DNA from: an uncultured Candidatus Saccharibacteria bacterium
Lineage (GTDB): Bacteria > Patescibacteriota > Minisyncoccia > Phycocordibacterales > UBA1006
Direction: 5' to 3'
DNA length: 64,000 bases
NCBI GenBank assembly: GCA_964415895.1
Contig: CAYQCC010000001.1
Coordinates: forward strand, 17,934 to 81,933
A model generated the notes under the pieces. The model was not told the origin of the DNA and searched no databases. It was given only the letters and a program-made list of their open reading frames with translations. A program made the translations under genes and the position numbers. Shown here piece by piece: positions 54,161-63,166 of the stretch (its first letter is position 1; each line of letters begins with the position of its first letter).

Positions 54161-55861
54161 ATGACACAAGCTGACGCACTATCAATCATGAAAATGGGAA
54201 AGAATATCTATCTGACAGGTGGTGCTGGTTCTGGAAAAACCTATGTTTTAAATTCTTATATTAAATATCTGCGCGATCATGATATTAATGTTGCTATTAC
54301 TGCATCCACTGGAATTGCAGCAACTCATATTGGTGGAATGACAATTCATGCATGGTCTGGAATGGGAATTCGCGAAACGCTTTCTGATTGGGATATCGAG
54401 TCGCTCGAAGAAAAAAAATATTTATGGGACCGGTATGACAAAGTTCAAGTGTTGATCATTGATGAAATTTCAATGTTATCAGGAAAGTTTTTGGATACAC
54501 TAGATCGGATTTGTCGTGCATTCAAACGAAAACCCGCACTATCGTTTGGTGGAATCCAAGTGGTTTTGTGTGGAGATTTATTCCAGCTTCCACCAGTAAC
54601 AAAACGTGATGAGGTTGTATCACAAGTCATTGATTCAAACGCATGGAAAACAATGTCCATGGTAATGTGTTATTTAACAGAACAGCATCGACAAGATGAC
54701 GAAGCGTTTACAGAGATTTTAAATGCGATCCGCCAAAACGCAATTACTGAATATCATTTGGAAGTCTTGAATGACCGACTACGAGAATATGATGCGGATG
54801 ACTTTGAATCAATCACAAAGTTGTTTACACATAATGCAGATGTTGATGCTATTAACTCGGAAGCTCTTGCGGGAATTTCGGAAGAAGAGTTTATATTTGA
54901 AATGACAAGCAAGGGAAAGGAAAATTTGGTTGAAACATTAAAGAAAAGCTGTTTGGCGCCAGTAATGCTCAAATTAAAAATCGGAGCCGAAGTTATGTTT
55001 GTAAAAAATAATATTGAAGCAGGATATGTGAACGGAACACGAGGAACTGTTATTGATATTAATGAAATGAATTTACCCGTTGTAAAAACTCTTGCAGGAC
55101 GTGAAGTTATTGTTGATACGGAAACATGGGCAGTGGAAGATAATGGAAAAATACTTGCATCTATTTCACAAATTCCATTACGCCATGCATGGGCAATTAC
55201 GGTTCATAAATCACAAGGAATGAGCTTAGATGCAGCAGTAGTTGATCTTTCAAAATCATTTGCATATGGAATGGGATATGTTGCACTGTCACGAGTTCGC
55301 ACACTCAGCGGGCTTCACTTAGTGGGATTTCAAGAAAGTTCACTGGCAGTAGATCCACGAATCTTACTTGTTGATCAGCAACTACAACAAACATCAAACA
55401 GAGCTGTTGAGCGTTTGAAAGATTTCGGAAAAGATGAATTGAAAAAAACTCACGAGGAATTCATTTTGAAAGCTGGTGGAACACTCGTTGTGAAAAAAGG
55501 AAAGAAGGAAAAAGATTTGAAAGAAAAATTATCGAATCGAAAAACCCATGAAGCAACATTCGATATGTTGCAACAAGGAAAAAATCTGATGCAAATTGCA
55601 AACGAACGAGATCTGCAATTGGGAACAATTATCGAACATTTGCAAAAATGTAAAGATAGTGGAAAATCACTGCGCGATTTTCCAAACCTATCAGTGGATT
55701 CTGAGTTATTATCACGAGTTCGTGATGCACATGAGGCACTGCGAAGTGAAAACGAAGTGGTGATTGATATGAAACTAACACCGATTAAGCGGTATTTGGA
55801 CAAAGCAGGATATAATGATAGTTTTGATGATATTAAATTAGCTCGATTATTTATGGATTAA
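54161..55861 (+). CDS. PIF1-family (RecD-like) ATP-dependent DNA helicase with C-terminal helix-hairpin/HTH extension
   Basis: Walker A GGAGSGKTY. Motifs LIIDEISM, FGGIQVVLCGDLFQLPPV and WAITVHKSQGMSLD. The track ORF starts at 54131. The TTTGAA-16-TATAAT promoter at 54124-54152 places the TSS at about 54160, so ATG 54161 is the favoured start. Confidence 0.65.
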   Translation: MTQADALSIMKMGKNIYLTGGAGSGKTYVLNSYIKYLRDHDINVAITASTGIAATHIGGMTIHAWSGMGIRETLSDWDIESLEEKKYLWDRYDKVQVLIIDEISMLSGKFLDTLDRICRAFKRKPALSFGGIQVVLCGDLFQLPPVTKRDEVVSQVIDSNAWKTMSMVMCYLTEQHRQDDEAFTEILNAIRQNAITEYHLEVLNDRLREYDADDFESITKLFTHNADVDAINSEALAGISEEEFIFEMTSKGKENLVETLKKSCLAPVMLKLKIGAEVMFVKNNIEAGYVNGTRGTVIDINEMNLPVVKTLAGREVIVDTETWAVEDNGKILASISQIPLRHAWAITVHKSQGMSLDAAVVDLSKSFAYGMGYVALSRVRTLSGLHLVGFQESSLAVDPRILLVDQQLQQTSNRAVERLKDFGKDELKKTHEEFILKAGGTLVVKKGKKEKDLKEKLSNRKTHEATFDMLQQGKNLMQIANERDLQLGTIIEHLQKCKDSGKSLRDFPNLSVDSELLSRVRDAHEALRSENEVVIDMKLTPIKRYLDKAGYNDSFDDIKLARLFMD

Positions 55862-55862
55862 A

Positions 55863-55894
55863 AGCAGAAATGACTTGCGTCATTTCTGCTTTTT
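55863..55894 (+). terminator. terminator AGCAGAAAUGAC-UUGC-GUCAUUUCUGCU + U4
   Basis: 12-bp perfect stem. A TATAAT box at 55898-55903 lies 8 nt before the next ATG. Confidence 0.7.
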
Positions 55895-55911
55895 CAGTAT
55901 AATATTTTTCT

Positions 55912-57717
55912 ATGGCAAAATTACCAAATCTTGAAACTATTGAAAAACCAAAAGGAACCTTTCGGATTTTTTGGTTTATCATAAAACTTTCTTGGCGGAG
56001 TAACAAATGGATATTTTTATCAGCAGTATTGACTACGTTGATTATTGTGGGTTTTCAATTTTTGAACTCTTACAGTTTTGCACAAATTTTGAATATATTG
56101 GTTTCTCCTGATCCAACATGGAAGAGAATTATTCCATTTCTTATTTTAATAGTTTTTTTGGATTATCTGCCTTCCGTATTAGGGTTTCTCCAAGCGTCAC
56201 TTACTGATTTTATTGATCGTGCTCTCCGTATTGATCTTGAGCAATTAGTTTATAAGAAGATTTCTAATTTGGATATTGCAACAATCGAACAGCCCGATTT
56301 CCAGGATATGCTTTATCAAATCAATTCACGGGGAATTGCAGGAATGATCAATATCAATTTCTGGCTCTTTACCTTAATTAGACAAGGTTCGAAAGTGGTG
56401 GTTGCCTTATTTATTCTATTTACGCTTTCAAAGCTCGGATTGTCGATTCTTATTTTAAGTACGATACCAATTTATTTTTATGAGTCATGGCGTGCAAAGC
56501 GTCTTGGTAAAATATTTGCAAGTCAGACTGAGACGAACCGAAAGGCAGGATCACGTGTCGATGCATTTAATAATAAGGATGCGTTAATTGAGGTTAAGTT
56601 TTTTGGACTAGGAAACTATTTCCTTGAAAAAATTAAAGGAATCAGAATGGCACACCATAATCATCTTTCATCTGATGATGTGAAAACTATTCCTCTTTAT
56701 GCTGGCTCACAAGTATTTCCACAAGCAGGAATCATTGTCAGTATTGTTGCTATTATTGGTGATGTTATTAAAGGTGTTCGACCAATCGGAACATTGTCAT
56801 TCATTTGGGGAACTCTTTGGTCATTCTCCGAAGGTTTTACTGCGATCCTTCGATCTGTCGGAAGACTTGAAGAGCATGGAGCCTATGCTTCAAAATTGAT
56901 GAACATGCTCGATATGGACTCTTATGTTTCTGAAAACGTGAATGGTAAAAAATACGACTCAAATTTACCGCCTACAATCGAATTCAAGAATGTTTCATTT
57001 GCTTATCCAGGATCAGATCGGGTGGTGCTTTCTAATATTAATACTGTTATTTCCGCAAATTCCGAAACTGCACTTGTTGGACTTAATGGTGCAGGAAAGA
57101 CGACACTACTTCGACTTTTGTCACGTGTCTATGATCCTACTGAAGGGCAAATTTTGATCAACGGAGTTGATCTGAAAGAGTACTCTTTGAGATCTTGGCG
57201 AGATGCACTTGGTATTATGCTTCAAGATTACAAAGTATATCAGGATGAGTCTATCAAGGAGAACATCACATTCGCACAAGGAAAAGAAGATAAAGATCGT
57301 TTAAGAAAGACAGTCGAAGAAACAGGGGTTGGAGAATATGCAAAATCATATGCAAGTGGAGTTGATCAGATGATTGGAAAGGAATACCGTGGCGGTGTAG
57401 AACTCTCGAAAGGTCAAATGCAGAAACTTGTTCTTGCACGAACTCTCTATCAGAATCATTCATTCTTAATTCTTGATGAACCAACTGCCGCGATTGATGC
57501 GCTTTCGGAAGATTATATTTTCAAGGCATTACGCAATAATCACCGCGGGCAAACACGTGTAATTATTTCACATAAATTTTCAAATGTTCGTGATGCTGAT
57601 AAAATTATTCTTATTAAGAATGGAACAGTTCTCGAACAAGGAAATCATGAGGAACTTATGGAGCTTGGCGGCACATACAAAGAATTATTCGAACTTCAAG
57701 CAGAAGGTTATAAATAA
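55912..57717 (+). CDS. ABC transporter, fused permease/ATP-binding exporter (MsbA-like)
   Basis: 6 transmembrane helices in the N-terminal half. Walker A GLNGAGKTT, signature LSKGQMQKL and Walker B ILDEPT. Confidence 0.75.
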   Translation: MAKLPNLETIEKPKGTFRIFWFIIKLSWRSNKWIFLSAVLTTLIIVGFQFLNSYSFAQILNILVSPDPTWKRIIPFLILIVFLDYLPSVLGFLQASLTDFIDRALRIDLEQLVYKKISNLDIATIEQPDFQDMLYQINSRGIAGMININFWLFTLIRQGSKVVVALFILFTLSKLGLSILILSTIPIYFYESWRAKRLGKIFASQTETNRKAGSRVDAFNNKDALIEVKFFGLGNYFLEKIKGIRMAHHNHLSSDDVKTIPLYAGSQVFPQAGIIVSIVAIIGDVIKGVRPIGTLSFIWGTLWSFSEGFTAILRSVGRLEEHGAYASKLMNMLDMDSYVSENVNGKKYDSNLPPTIEFKNVSFAYPGSDRVVLSNINTVISANSETALVGLNGAGKTTLLRLLSRVYDPTEGQILINGVDLKEYSLRSWRDALGIMLQDYKVYQDESIKENITFAQGKEDKDRLRKTVEETGVGEYAKSYASGVDQMIGKEYRGGVELSKGQMQKLVLARTLYQNHSFLILDEPTAAIDALSEDYIFKALRNNHRGQTRVIISHKFSNVRDADKIILIKNGTVLEQGNHEELMELGGTYKELFELQAEGYK

Positions 57718-57740
57718 AAACGCACATTTGTGTGTTTTTA
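57716..57740 (+). terminator. rho-independent terminator (CGCAC/GUGUG with a G-U pair, + U5)
   Basis: Short stem plus T-run after the ABC gene. Confidence 0.45.
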
Positions 57741-57746
57741 TTTATA

Positions 57747-57775
57747 TTGCAAATACGGCTTAATTTTGCTAATAT
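57747..57775 (+). promoter_or_regulatory. promoter TTGCAA-17-TAATAT driving the aspS leader
   Basis: -35 at 57747-52 and -10 at 57770-75. Predicted TSS at about 57783. Confidence 0.5.
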
Positions 57776-57782
57776 AACTATA

Positions 57783-57930
57783 TTCCAGCGACCCGACTGA
57801 CACTTGGCGAGGAATAAGTTAGAAAGAGTTATAAATGAGGGTGGCACCGCGGAATAATCCGCCCCTCTGAATTTATCAGAAGTTAAGAGTAGTTGCTCAT
57901 AATTTTAAATAAGTTCAGAGGGGTTTTCTT
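57783..57930 (+). promoter_or_regulatory. T-box riboswitch leader (antiterminator/terminator) upstream of aspS
   Basis: Canonical T-box core GAGGGUGGCACCGCGG at 57837-57852. The antiterminator has A1 helix GAGGG/CCCUC, a 7-nt bulge UGGCACC and A2 helix GCGG-AAUAAU-CCGC. The competing terminator is CCCCUCUGAA (57862-71) paired with UUCAGAGGGG (57914-23) plus UUUUCUU. The bulge UGGC can pair with a 3' GCCA acceptor end (G73, as in tRNA-Asp). GACA at 57796-99 is a possible Asp specifier, but Stem I would be unusually short. Confidence 0.65.
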
Positions 57931-58078
57931 GTATTAGCAAGAGCTTCGCAACTATTATTTTTCTATCCTGCGTATTTGTTTCTTTATTTGAGCAGCTCAG
58001 TGGTCTCATACTCGAATGCGAAAAATAATAGTTTGCTTTGCTCTTGTTTTTATAACAAGACTTTTCTGAATCATCTTT

Positions 58079-59500
58079 ATGAAAGATAGAATTTTAATTG
58101 GTGACTTATCAAGTCACAAGGGAAGTGAGGTCACAATCAATGGATGGGTTTCTGTTCGTCGTGATCAAGGGAAAATGGTTTTCTTTGATTTTCGAGATCG
58201 TACCGGATACGTGCAAGGAGTAGTTTTGCCAGGAAGTGCTGCAATCGACATTGCGAAAGAAATCAAAACTGAATATGTTGTTTCTGTTACAGGTAAAGTA
58301 AATGAACGACCAGAACGAAACCGACAGGCTGATAAGCAAAACGGTGATATCGAACTTGAAATTCTTGGAATGGAAATCTTGAACGAGACTGAAACGCTTC
58401 CATTTGAAATCAGTAGTGATACATCGGTAGTAGGTGAGGAAACACGCTTGAAATACCGATACATTGATTTACGCAGCGAGCGTGTTCAGAAAAACATCCG
58501 TATGCGCCACAAGATTCAGAAATTAATTCGTGACTTCTTGGATGGACAAGGATTCATCGAAGTGGAAACTCCAATCCTAACAAAGTCGACTCCAGAAGGA
58601 GCGCGTGATTATATTGTTCCATCACGTCTATATCCAGGAACCGTATATGCGTTGCCACAGTCGCCACAACAATACAAACAGCTGTTGATGACAGCAGGAG
58701 TGGAACGGTACTTTCAATTGGCACGTTGTATGCGCGATGAAGATACACGTGGAGACCGACAACCTGAATTTACGCAGCTAGACATGGAAATGAGTTTTGT
58801 TGATCAGGATGCAGTAATGCAAGTTAACGAGGAATTACTTATTAAAGTTGTGCAGGATTTATATCCAGAAAAGAAAATTCAGCAAATTCCATTTCCACGA
58901 ATTACCTATAAAGATGCGATGGAGAAATATGGAAATGACCGGCCTGATATTCGAAATGACAAAAATGATCCAGACTTGTTAGCGTTTTGTTGGGTAATTG
59001 ATTTCCCATTTTTCGAACCTACTGACAAATCAGACAATCCGGATACACATGGTGCATGGACATTTACTCACAATCCGTTTTCTGCACCAAAACCAGAACA
59101 TATGGAATGGTTAATAGAAAAGAAAAATATTGGTGAAATTTTGACGACACAATACGACATTGCATTGAATGGTTATGAAATTGGTGGAGGATCAATTCGA
59201 AACCATAAACCAGAAGCACTTCGAACAGTGTTTGAAATTATTGGACATAAGTCTGAAGACATTGATACAAACTTTGGCCACATGTTAAAAGCCTTTTCAT
59301 CTGGCACTCCGCCACATGGTGGAATTGCTTGGGGATTTGATCGATTCTTGATGCTGTTGCAAGGTGAGCCAAACATCCGCGAGGTGATCCCGTTCCCAAA
59401 AACAGGGGAGGGACGAGACTTAATGATGAATGCACCAGCTCCAGTTTCAGATCGACAGTTGGAAGAGCTTCATTTGATTGCAAAGAAAAAGAGTATTTAG
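58079..59500 (+). CDS. aspS: aspartyl-tRNA synthetase, short (archaeal/eukaryotic-type, no GAD insertion domain)
   Basis: N-terminal OB anticodon-binding domain and class II motifs (FRDRTG...; QSPQQYKQLLM; GGGSIRNH; GIAWGFDRFLM). Only 473 aa. Confidence 0.85.
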   Translation: MKDRILIGDLSSHKGSEVTINGWVSVRRDQGKMVFFDFRDRTGYVQGVVLPGSAAIDIAKEIKTEYVVSVTGKVNERPERNRQADKQNGDIELEILGMEILNETETLPFEISSDTSVVGEETRLKYRYIDLRSERVQKNIRMRHKIQKLIRDFLDGQGFIEVETPILTKSTPEGARDYIVPSRLYPGTVYALPQSPQQYKQLLMTAGVERYFQLARCMRDEDTRGDRQPEFTQLDMEMSFVDQDAVMQVNEELLIKVVQDLYPEKKIQQIPFPRITYKDAMEKYGNDRPDIRNDKNDPDLLAFCWVIDFPFFEPTDKSDNPDTHGAWTFTHNPFSAPKPEHMEWLIEKKNIGEILTTQYDIALNGYEIGGGSIRNHKPEALRTVFEIIGHKSEDIDTNFGHMLKAFSSGTPPHGGIAWGFDRFLMLLQGEPNIREVIPFPKTGEGRDLMMNAPAPVSDRQLEELHLIAKKKSI

Positions 59501-59505
59501 TAAAT

Positions 59506-59553
59506 AAAACCGCATTTATCCCAGTAGGTCATCCTGCGGGATGAGCGGTTTTT
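59506..59553 (+). terminator. two-tier terminator AAAACCGC...GCGGUUUU with inner AUCCC/GGGAU helix
   Basis: Outer 8-bp stem plus an inner stem. A TATACT box at 59558-63 lies 6 nt before the scpA ATG. Confidence 0.55.
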
Positions 59554-59569
59554 ATGATATACTTTTTCC

Positions 59570-60352
59570 ATGTCATTTCAGCTGAAAACATCATATTTTG
59601 AAGGACCTTTGGAGTTACTCCTTTCCTTGATCGAGGAAAAGAAACTGCATGTTTCTGAAATCACTCTTGCTCAGGTTACCGAGGAATACTTGAACTACTT
59701 GAATATTCTTTCTACGATTCCACAGGATGACGAACGTCATGAAATGATCTTACTCGACCGTTCGCAATTCATTGTTGTTGCAGCAACACTTATCTTGATC
59801 AAAGCACGATCACTCCTTCCTGCAATTGAATTAACCGAGGAAGAAACCGAATCCATTGATGACCTAACAGAGCGATTGCGATTATATGAAATCGTTAAAC
59901 GTTATGGTGAATTGTTTAGTAAACATTTCCAGATGAAGCCAGCCATGTATCGTGGAAATCCACCAAAGGAAAAGAAGGTTCCTGTGTTTACTCCTCACGA
60001 GTCACTAACAACTCAAACATTAATTGACGCATTGCATGATATATTTGCAGCACTTCCTGCAGCGGAAGTCCTTCCAGAAAAATCTGTGAAACTCACTTAT
60101 ACACTTGCTGATGTAATGGAAAAAGTAGAGAAAACCATTTCATCCGGCGCAAGTTTCTCGTTATCTGATGCAACTGATCGTTACAAAAACGCAGTCACTC
60201 CCGCGGAAAAGCGCGAAGCAAAAGTATTTGCGGTACTATCATTTTTGGCAGTACTTGAAATGGTGAAAAAATCAATCGTAATGGTCGAACAAAACGAAAT
60301 GTTCCAGGATATTGTCGCGCATCCTTATCAGTCAACAGAACCAACACAATAA
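59570..60352 (+). CDS. scpA: segregation and condensation protein A
   Basis: FEGPLELLLSLIEEKKLHVSEITLAQVTEEYL N-terminus. Confidence 0.75.
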   Translation: MSFQLKTSYFEGPLELLLSLIEEKKLHVSEITLAQVTEEYLNYLNILSTIPQDDERHEMILLDRSQFIVVAATLILIKARSLLPAIELTEEETESIDDLTERLRLYEIVKRYGELFSKHFQMKPAMYRGNPPKEKKVPVFTPHESLTTQTLIDALHDIFAALPAAEVLPEKSVKLTYTLADVMEKVEKTISSGASFSLSDATDRYKNAVTPAEKREAKVFAVLSFLAVLEMVKKSIVMVEQNEMFQDIVAHPYQSTEPTQ

Positions 60353-60353
60353 T

Positions 60354-60884
60354 ATGAATCCAAACACACAACTTATTCATGCTTTATTATTTACCAGTGG
60401 TGAGACCTGGCGTTTTTCTGAGCTTGCTGAAACATTACAGCTTTCAAAATCCGATGTAACAGCTGCAATTGCAGAACTTGCGGATGCTTTAAAAGATACT
60501 GCAATCATTACGCTTATTCACGAGGAATCAATTACTCTTGTTACACGACCTGAATTAAAAGAAGAACTTCAAAAATTGGAAAAAGAAGAACTTGCAAAGG
60601 AATTTTCTAAAGGTGCAATTGAAACGCTAGCATTGATTGCGTATAAAGGTCCAATTGGAAAATCTGACATTGATTATATTCGAGGAGTAAATTCACAATT
60701 TATGTTACGAAATTTGGTATTGCGTGGAATGATTGAAAAGCAAGTTGGAGGGAAGGGGTATATTATTACAGCTGATGCACTTCGATTTCTTGGTGTGACA
60801 ACGGTTGATCAATTGCCACAATTTAATGAATTTTTTACTGAAATTGAAAAACGTATCCCTGTTTCTGATTCACCTGAAGCATAA
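60354..60884 (+). CDS. scpB: segregation and condensation protein B
   Basis: Tandem winged-helix pattern (IHALLFTSGETWRFSELAE...). Immediately follows scpA. ATG at 60354. Confidence 0.75.
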   Translation: MNPNTQLIHALLFTSGETWRFSELAETLQLSKSDVTAAIAELADALKDTAIITLIHEESITLVTRPELKEELQKLEKEELAKEFSKGAIETLALIAYKGPIGKSDIDYIRGVNSQFMLRNLVLRGMIEKQVGGKGYIITADALRFLGVTTVDQLPQFNEFFTEIEKRIPVSDSPEA

Positions 60885-60895
60885 TTATTTTATTT

Positions 60896-61945
60896 ATGAT
60901 AAACATCATCAAAGTCTTTTTTCCTGCGATACTCGCATTCATGATTGGAATTGCAATCACTCCGATTTGCACGCATTTTTTCTATAAATATAAATTATGG
61001 AGAAAGTCGCGATTGGATAACCCAGATGAAATGAGTGCAGTTTTTAAACAGTTACATGACGAAAAAAGCGAGGTCAACACACCACGTGTTGGTGGGATTA
61101 TAATTTGGAGTTCAGTGCTTATTACGATTCTATTTGTCTATATCTTGAAATCATTATTTGGCGGCGCATTGCTCGGAAAGCTTGATTTCCTTAGTCGTAA
61201 TCAAACATTACTTCCATTACTTGCATTAGTATTTGGTGGAATATTTGGATTATTTGAAGATATGGTAGATATTTTTGCTGATAAACTTAAAACTATTAAA
61301 GAAGGTTTGCCAGTTCGATATCTTGTGATGGTTGTGATCCTTATTGGTTTGATTGCGTCGTCATATTTTTATTTTAAATTAGGATTGCGTGATATCTATG
61401 TTCCGTTTTTTGGATACTGGCATGTAGGATGGTGGTTTATTCCAATATTTATTTTGGTGACACTTGGAACATTCTCAAGTCGGGTAATCGATGGTGTCGA
61501 TGGTCTTGCGGGAGGTGTTATGGCAATTGCATATGGTGCTTTTGGTACAATTGCATTACTTCAAAATCAAATCGATATTGCCACATTTTGTTTTGTAATT
61601 ACAGGAGGAATCTTAGCATTTCTTTGGTTTAATATTCCTCCAGCACGATTTTATATGGGTGAAACGGGAATGTTGGCACTAACACTAACGCTCTCTTTCG
61701 TCGTGTTTTTGGTAGACGGAGTGTTTTTGCTTCCCGTTATTGGTGCATTACTAGTTGCTACATCATTGTCTTCAACTATTCAAATTATATCCAAGCGTTA
61801 TTTCGGAAAAAAGATTTTCAAGATTGCACCACTGCATCATCATTTTATGGCATTGGGCTGGTCACGTGAAAAAATAACTATGCGATACTGGATTTTATCT
61901 CTTATGTTTGCAGTTCTGGGAATTATGATTGCTATCATTGGTTAG
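60896..61945 (+). CDS. mraY: phospho-N-acetylmuramoyl-pentapeptide transferase
   Basis: 10-transmembrane protein with the VIDGVDGLAGG motif and an HHHF-containing C-terminal loop. Confidence 0.85.
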   Translation: MINIIKVFFPAILAFMIGIAITPICTHFFYKYKLWRKSRLDNPDEMSAVFKQLHDEKSEVNTPRVGGIIIWSSVLITILFVYILKSLFGGALLGKLDFLSRNQTLLPLLALVFGGIFGLFEDMVDIFADKLKTIKEGLPVRYLVMVVILIGLIASSYFYFKLGLRDIYVPFFGYWHVGWWFIPIFILVTLGTFSSRVIDGVDGLAGGVMAIAYGAFGTIALLQNQIDIATFCFVITGGILAFLWFNIPPARFYMGETGMLALTLTLSFVVFLVDGVFLLPVIGALLVATSLSSTIQIISKRYFGKKIFKIAPLHHHFMALGWSREKITMRYWILSLMFAVLGIMIAIIG

Positions 61946-61972
61946 TTTTGTGATACAATCATCTTAATAATT

Positions 61973-63100
61973 ATGAAACCAAAAACATTTTCCATCGATA
62001 AAGTATTTTTAATCATCGTAGGAATCCTTATGGGTTCCGGTTTGTTGTTTTTTCTTTCTGCGTCACTTTCATTACTTGGTTCTCATAGTGGGGAATTGTC
62101 ACGAATCTTGTTAAGTCAGATTGTTCTTGGATTAATCGGTGGGATTATTGGTGCGTTTATTATTACAAAAATTCCATTGAAATATGTAAAACAATATGCA
62201 CTTCCTATGGCTATCGCAAGTCTATTATTAACCGCAGCCGTACTTGTTCCAGGAATTGGATTTCGAGCGGGAGGTGCGGCACGCTGGATTAATCTTGGAT
62301 TTATCTCGTTTCAACCGGTGGAGATTTTGAAATATACAATCATTATTTATTATGCGGCATGGCTGTCATATGCAGATAAACTCGAAAAAGATATTTGGCA
62401 TACACTGGTTCCGTTACTAGTGATACTTGGATTGGTTGGTGGAATTTTACTTGCACAACCTGATACTGATAACTTTATGATCATTGCAGTTTCTTGCATT
62501 ATTATGTATTTCGTTTCAGGTGCAAAATGGAAGCATATATTATTATTCGGGGGGATTGGATTATTGGTTGGTGGGGCACTGATTATGACACGGCCTTATA
62601 TTTTAGATCGATTGAATACGTTCTTGGATCCAAGTAAGGACCCATTAGGTTCGTCATACCAAGTTCAACAGGCATTAATTGCGGTTGGATCAGGTGGTGT
62701 GACAGGGCGTGGTTTTGGACAAAGTATTCAAAAATTTAAATATTTACCAGAACCGTTATCAGATTCAATTTATGCTGTTATGGCAGAAGAATTCGGCTTC
62801 GTTGGAGCTCTTGGACTTGTACTCCTTTATATTTTCTTTGGTTTGCGTGGTTATGTTATTGCCATGAAGACAAATGATACATTCCACCGCTATATTGTTG
62901 TGGGTGTCGTATCGCTTATCTTGTTTCAATCGTTATTAAACATTGCTTCAACTATTGCACTGTTTCCACTTTCTGGGCTTCCGTTAGTATTTGTGTCGCA
63001 TGGAGGAACAGCATTGTTTTTCGCGCTCTTATCAATTGGTCTTGTGCTTAATATTTCGCAATATCAAAAAACTGTTGTTATTCCAGTAAAACGTCATTAA
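61973..63100 (+). CDS. ftsW: SEDS-family peptidoglycan glycosyltransferase (FtsW/RodA)
   Basis: 10-transmembrane SEDS pattern with LPEPLSDSIYAVMAEEFGFVG and a GGT..F motif. Located between mraY and murG. Confidence 0.8.
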   Translation: MKPKTFSIDKVFLIIVGILMGSGLLFFLSASLSLLGSHSGELSRILLSQIVLGLIGGIIGAFIITKIPLKYVKQYALPMAIASLLLTAAVLVPGIGFRAGGAARWINLGFISFQPVEILKYTIIIYYAAWLSYADKLEKDIWHTLVPLLVILGLVGGILLAQPDTDNFMIIAVSCIIMYFVSGAKWKHILLFGGIGLLVGGALIMTRPYILDRLNTFLDPSKDPLGSSYQVQQALIAVGSGGVTGRGFGQSIQKFKYLPEPLSDSIYAVMAEEFGFVGALGLVLLYIFFGLRGYVIAMKTNDTFHRYIVVGVVSLILFQSLLNIASTIALFPLSGLPLVFVSHGGTALFFALLSIGLVLNISQYQKTVVIPVKRH

Positions 63101-63128
63101 AATCCCGAAAAATCAAGGGATTTTTTTT
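63099..63128 (+). terminator. terminator AAUCCC-N10-GGGAUU + U8
   Basis: Stem plus a long T-run. A TATAAT box at 63153-58 lies 8 nt before the murG ATG. Confidence 0.5.
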
Positions 63129-63166
63129 GTGGCTGGAAATCCAATGTGTGATATAATCTGTGTTAT

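Noticed and set aside
57783-57930. Alternative identities for the aspS leader RNA (SRP RNA, 6S, RNase P, tmRNA fragments)
   Set aside because: - None of the conserved motifs was seen: SRP domain IV GGAAG...AGCAGCC, the tmRNA 5'/3' ends, or the RNase P P4 strands.
- The T-box core plus the overlapping terminator explains the structure.
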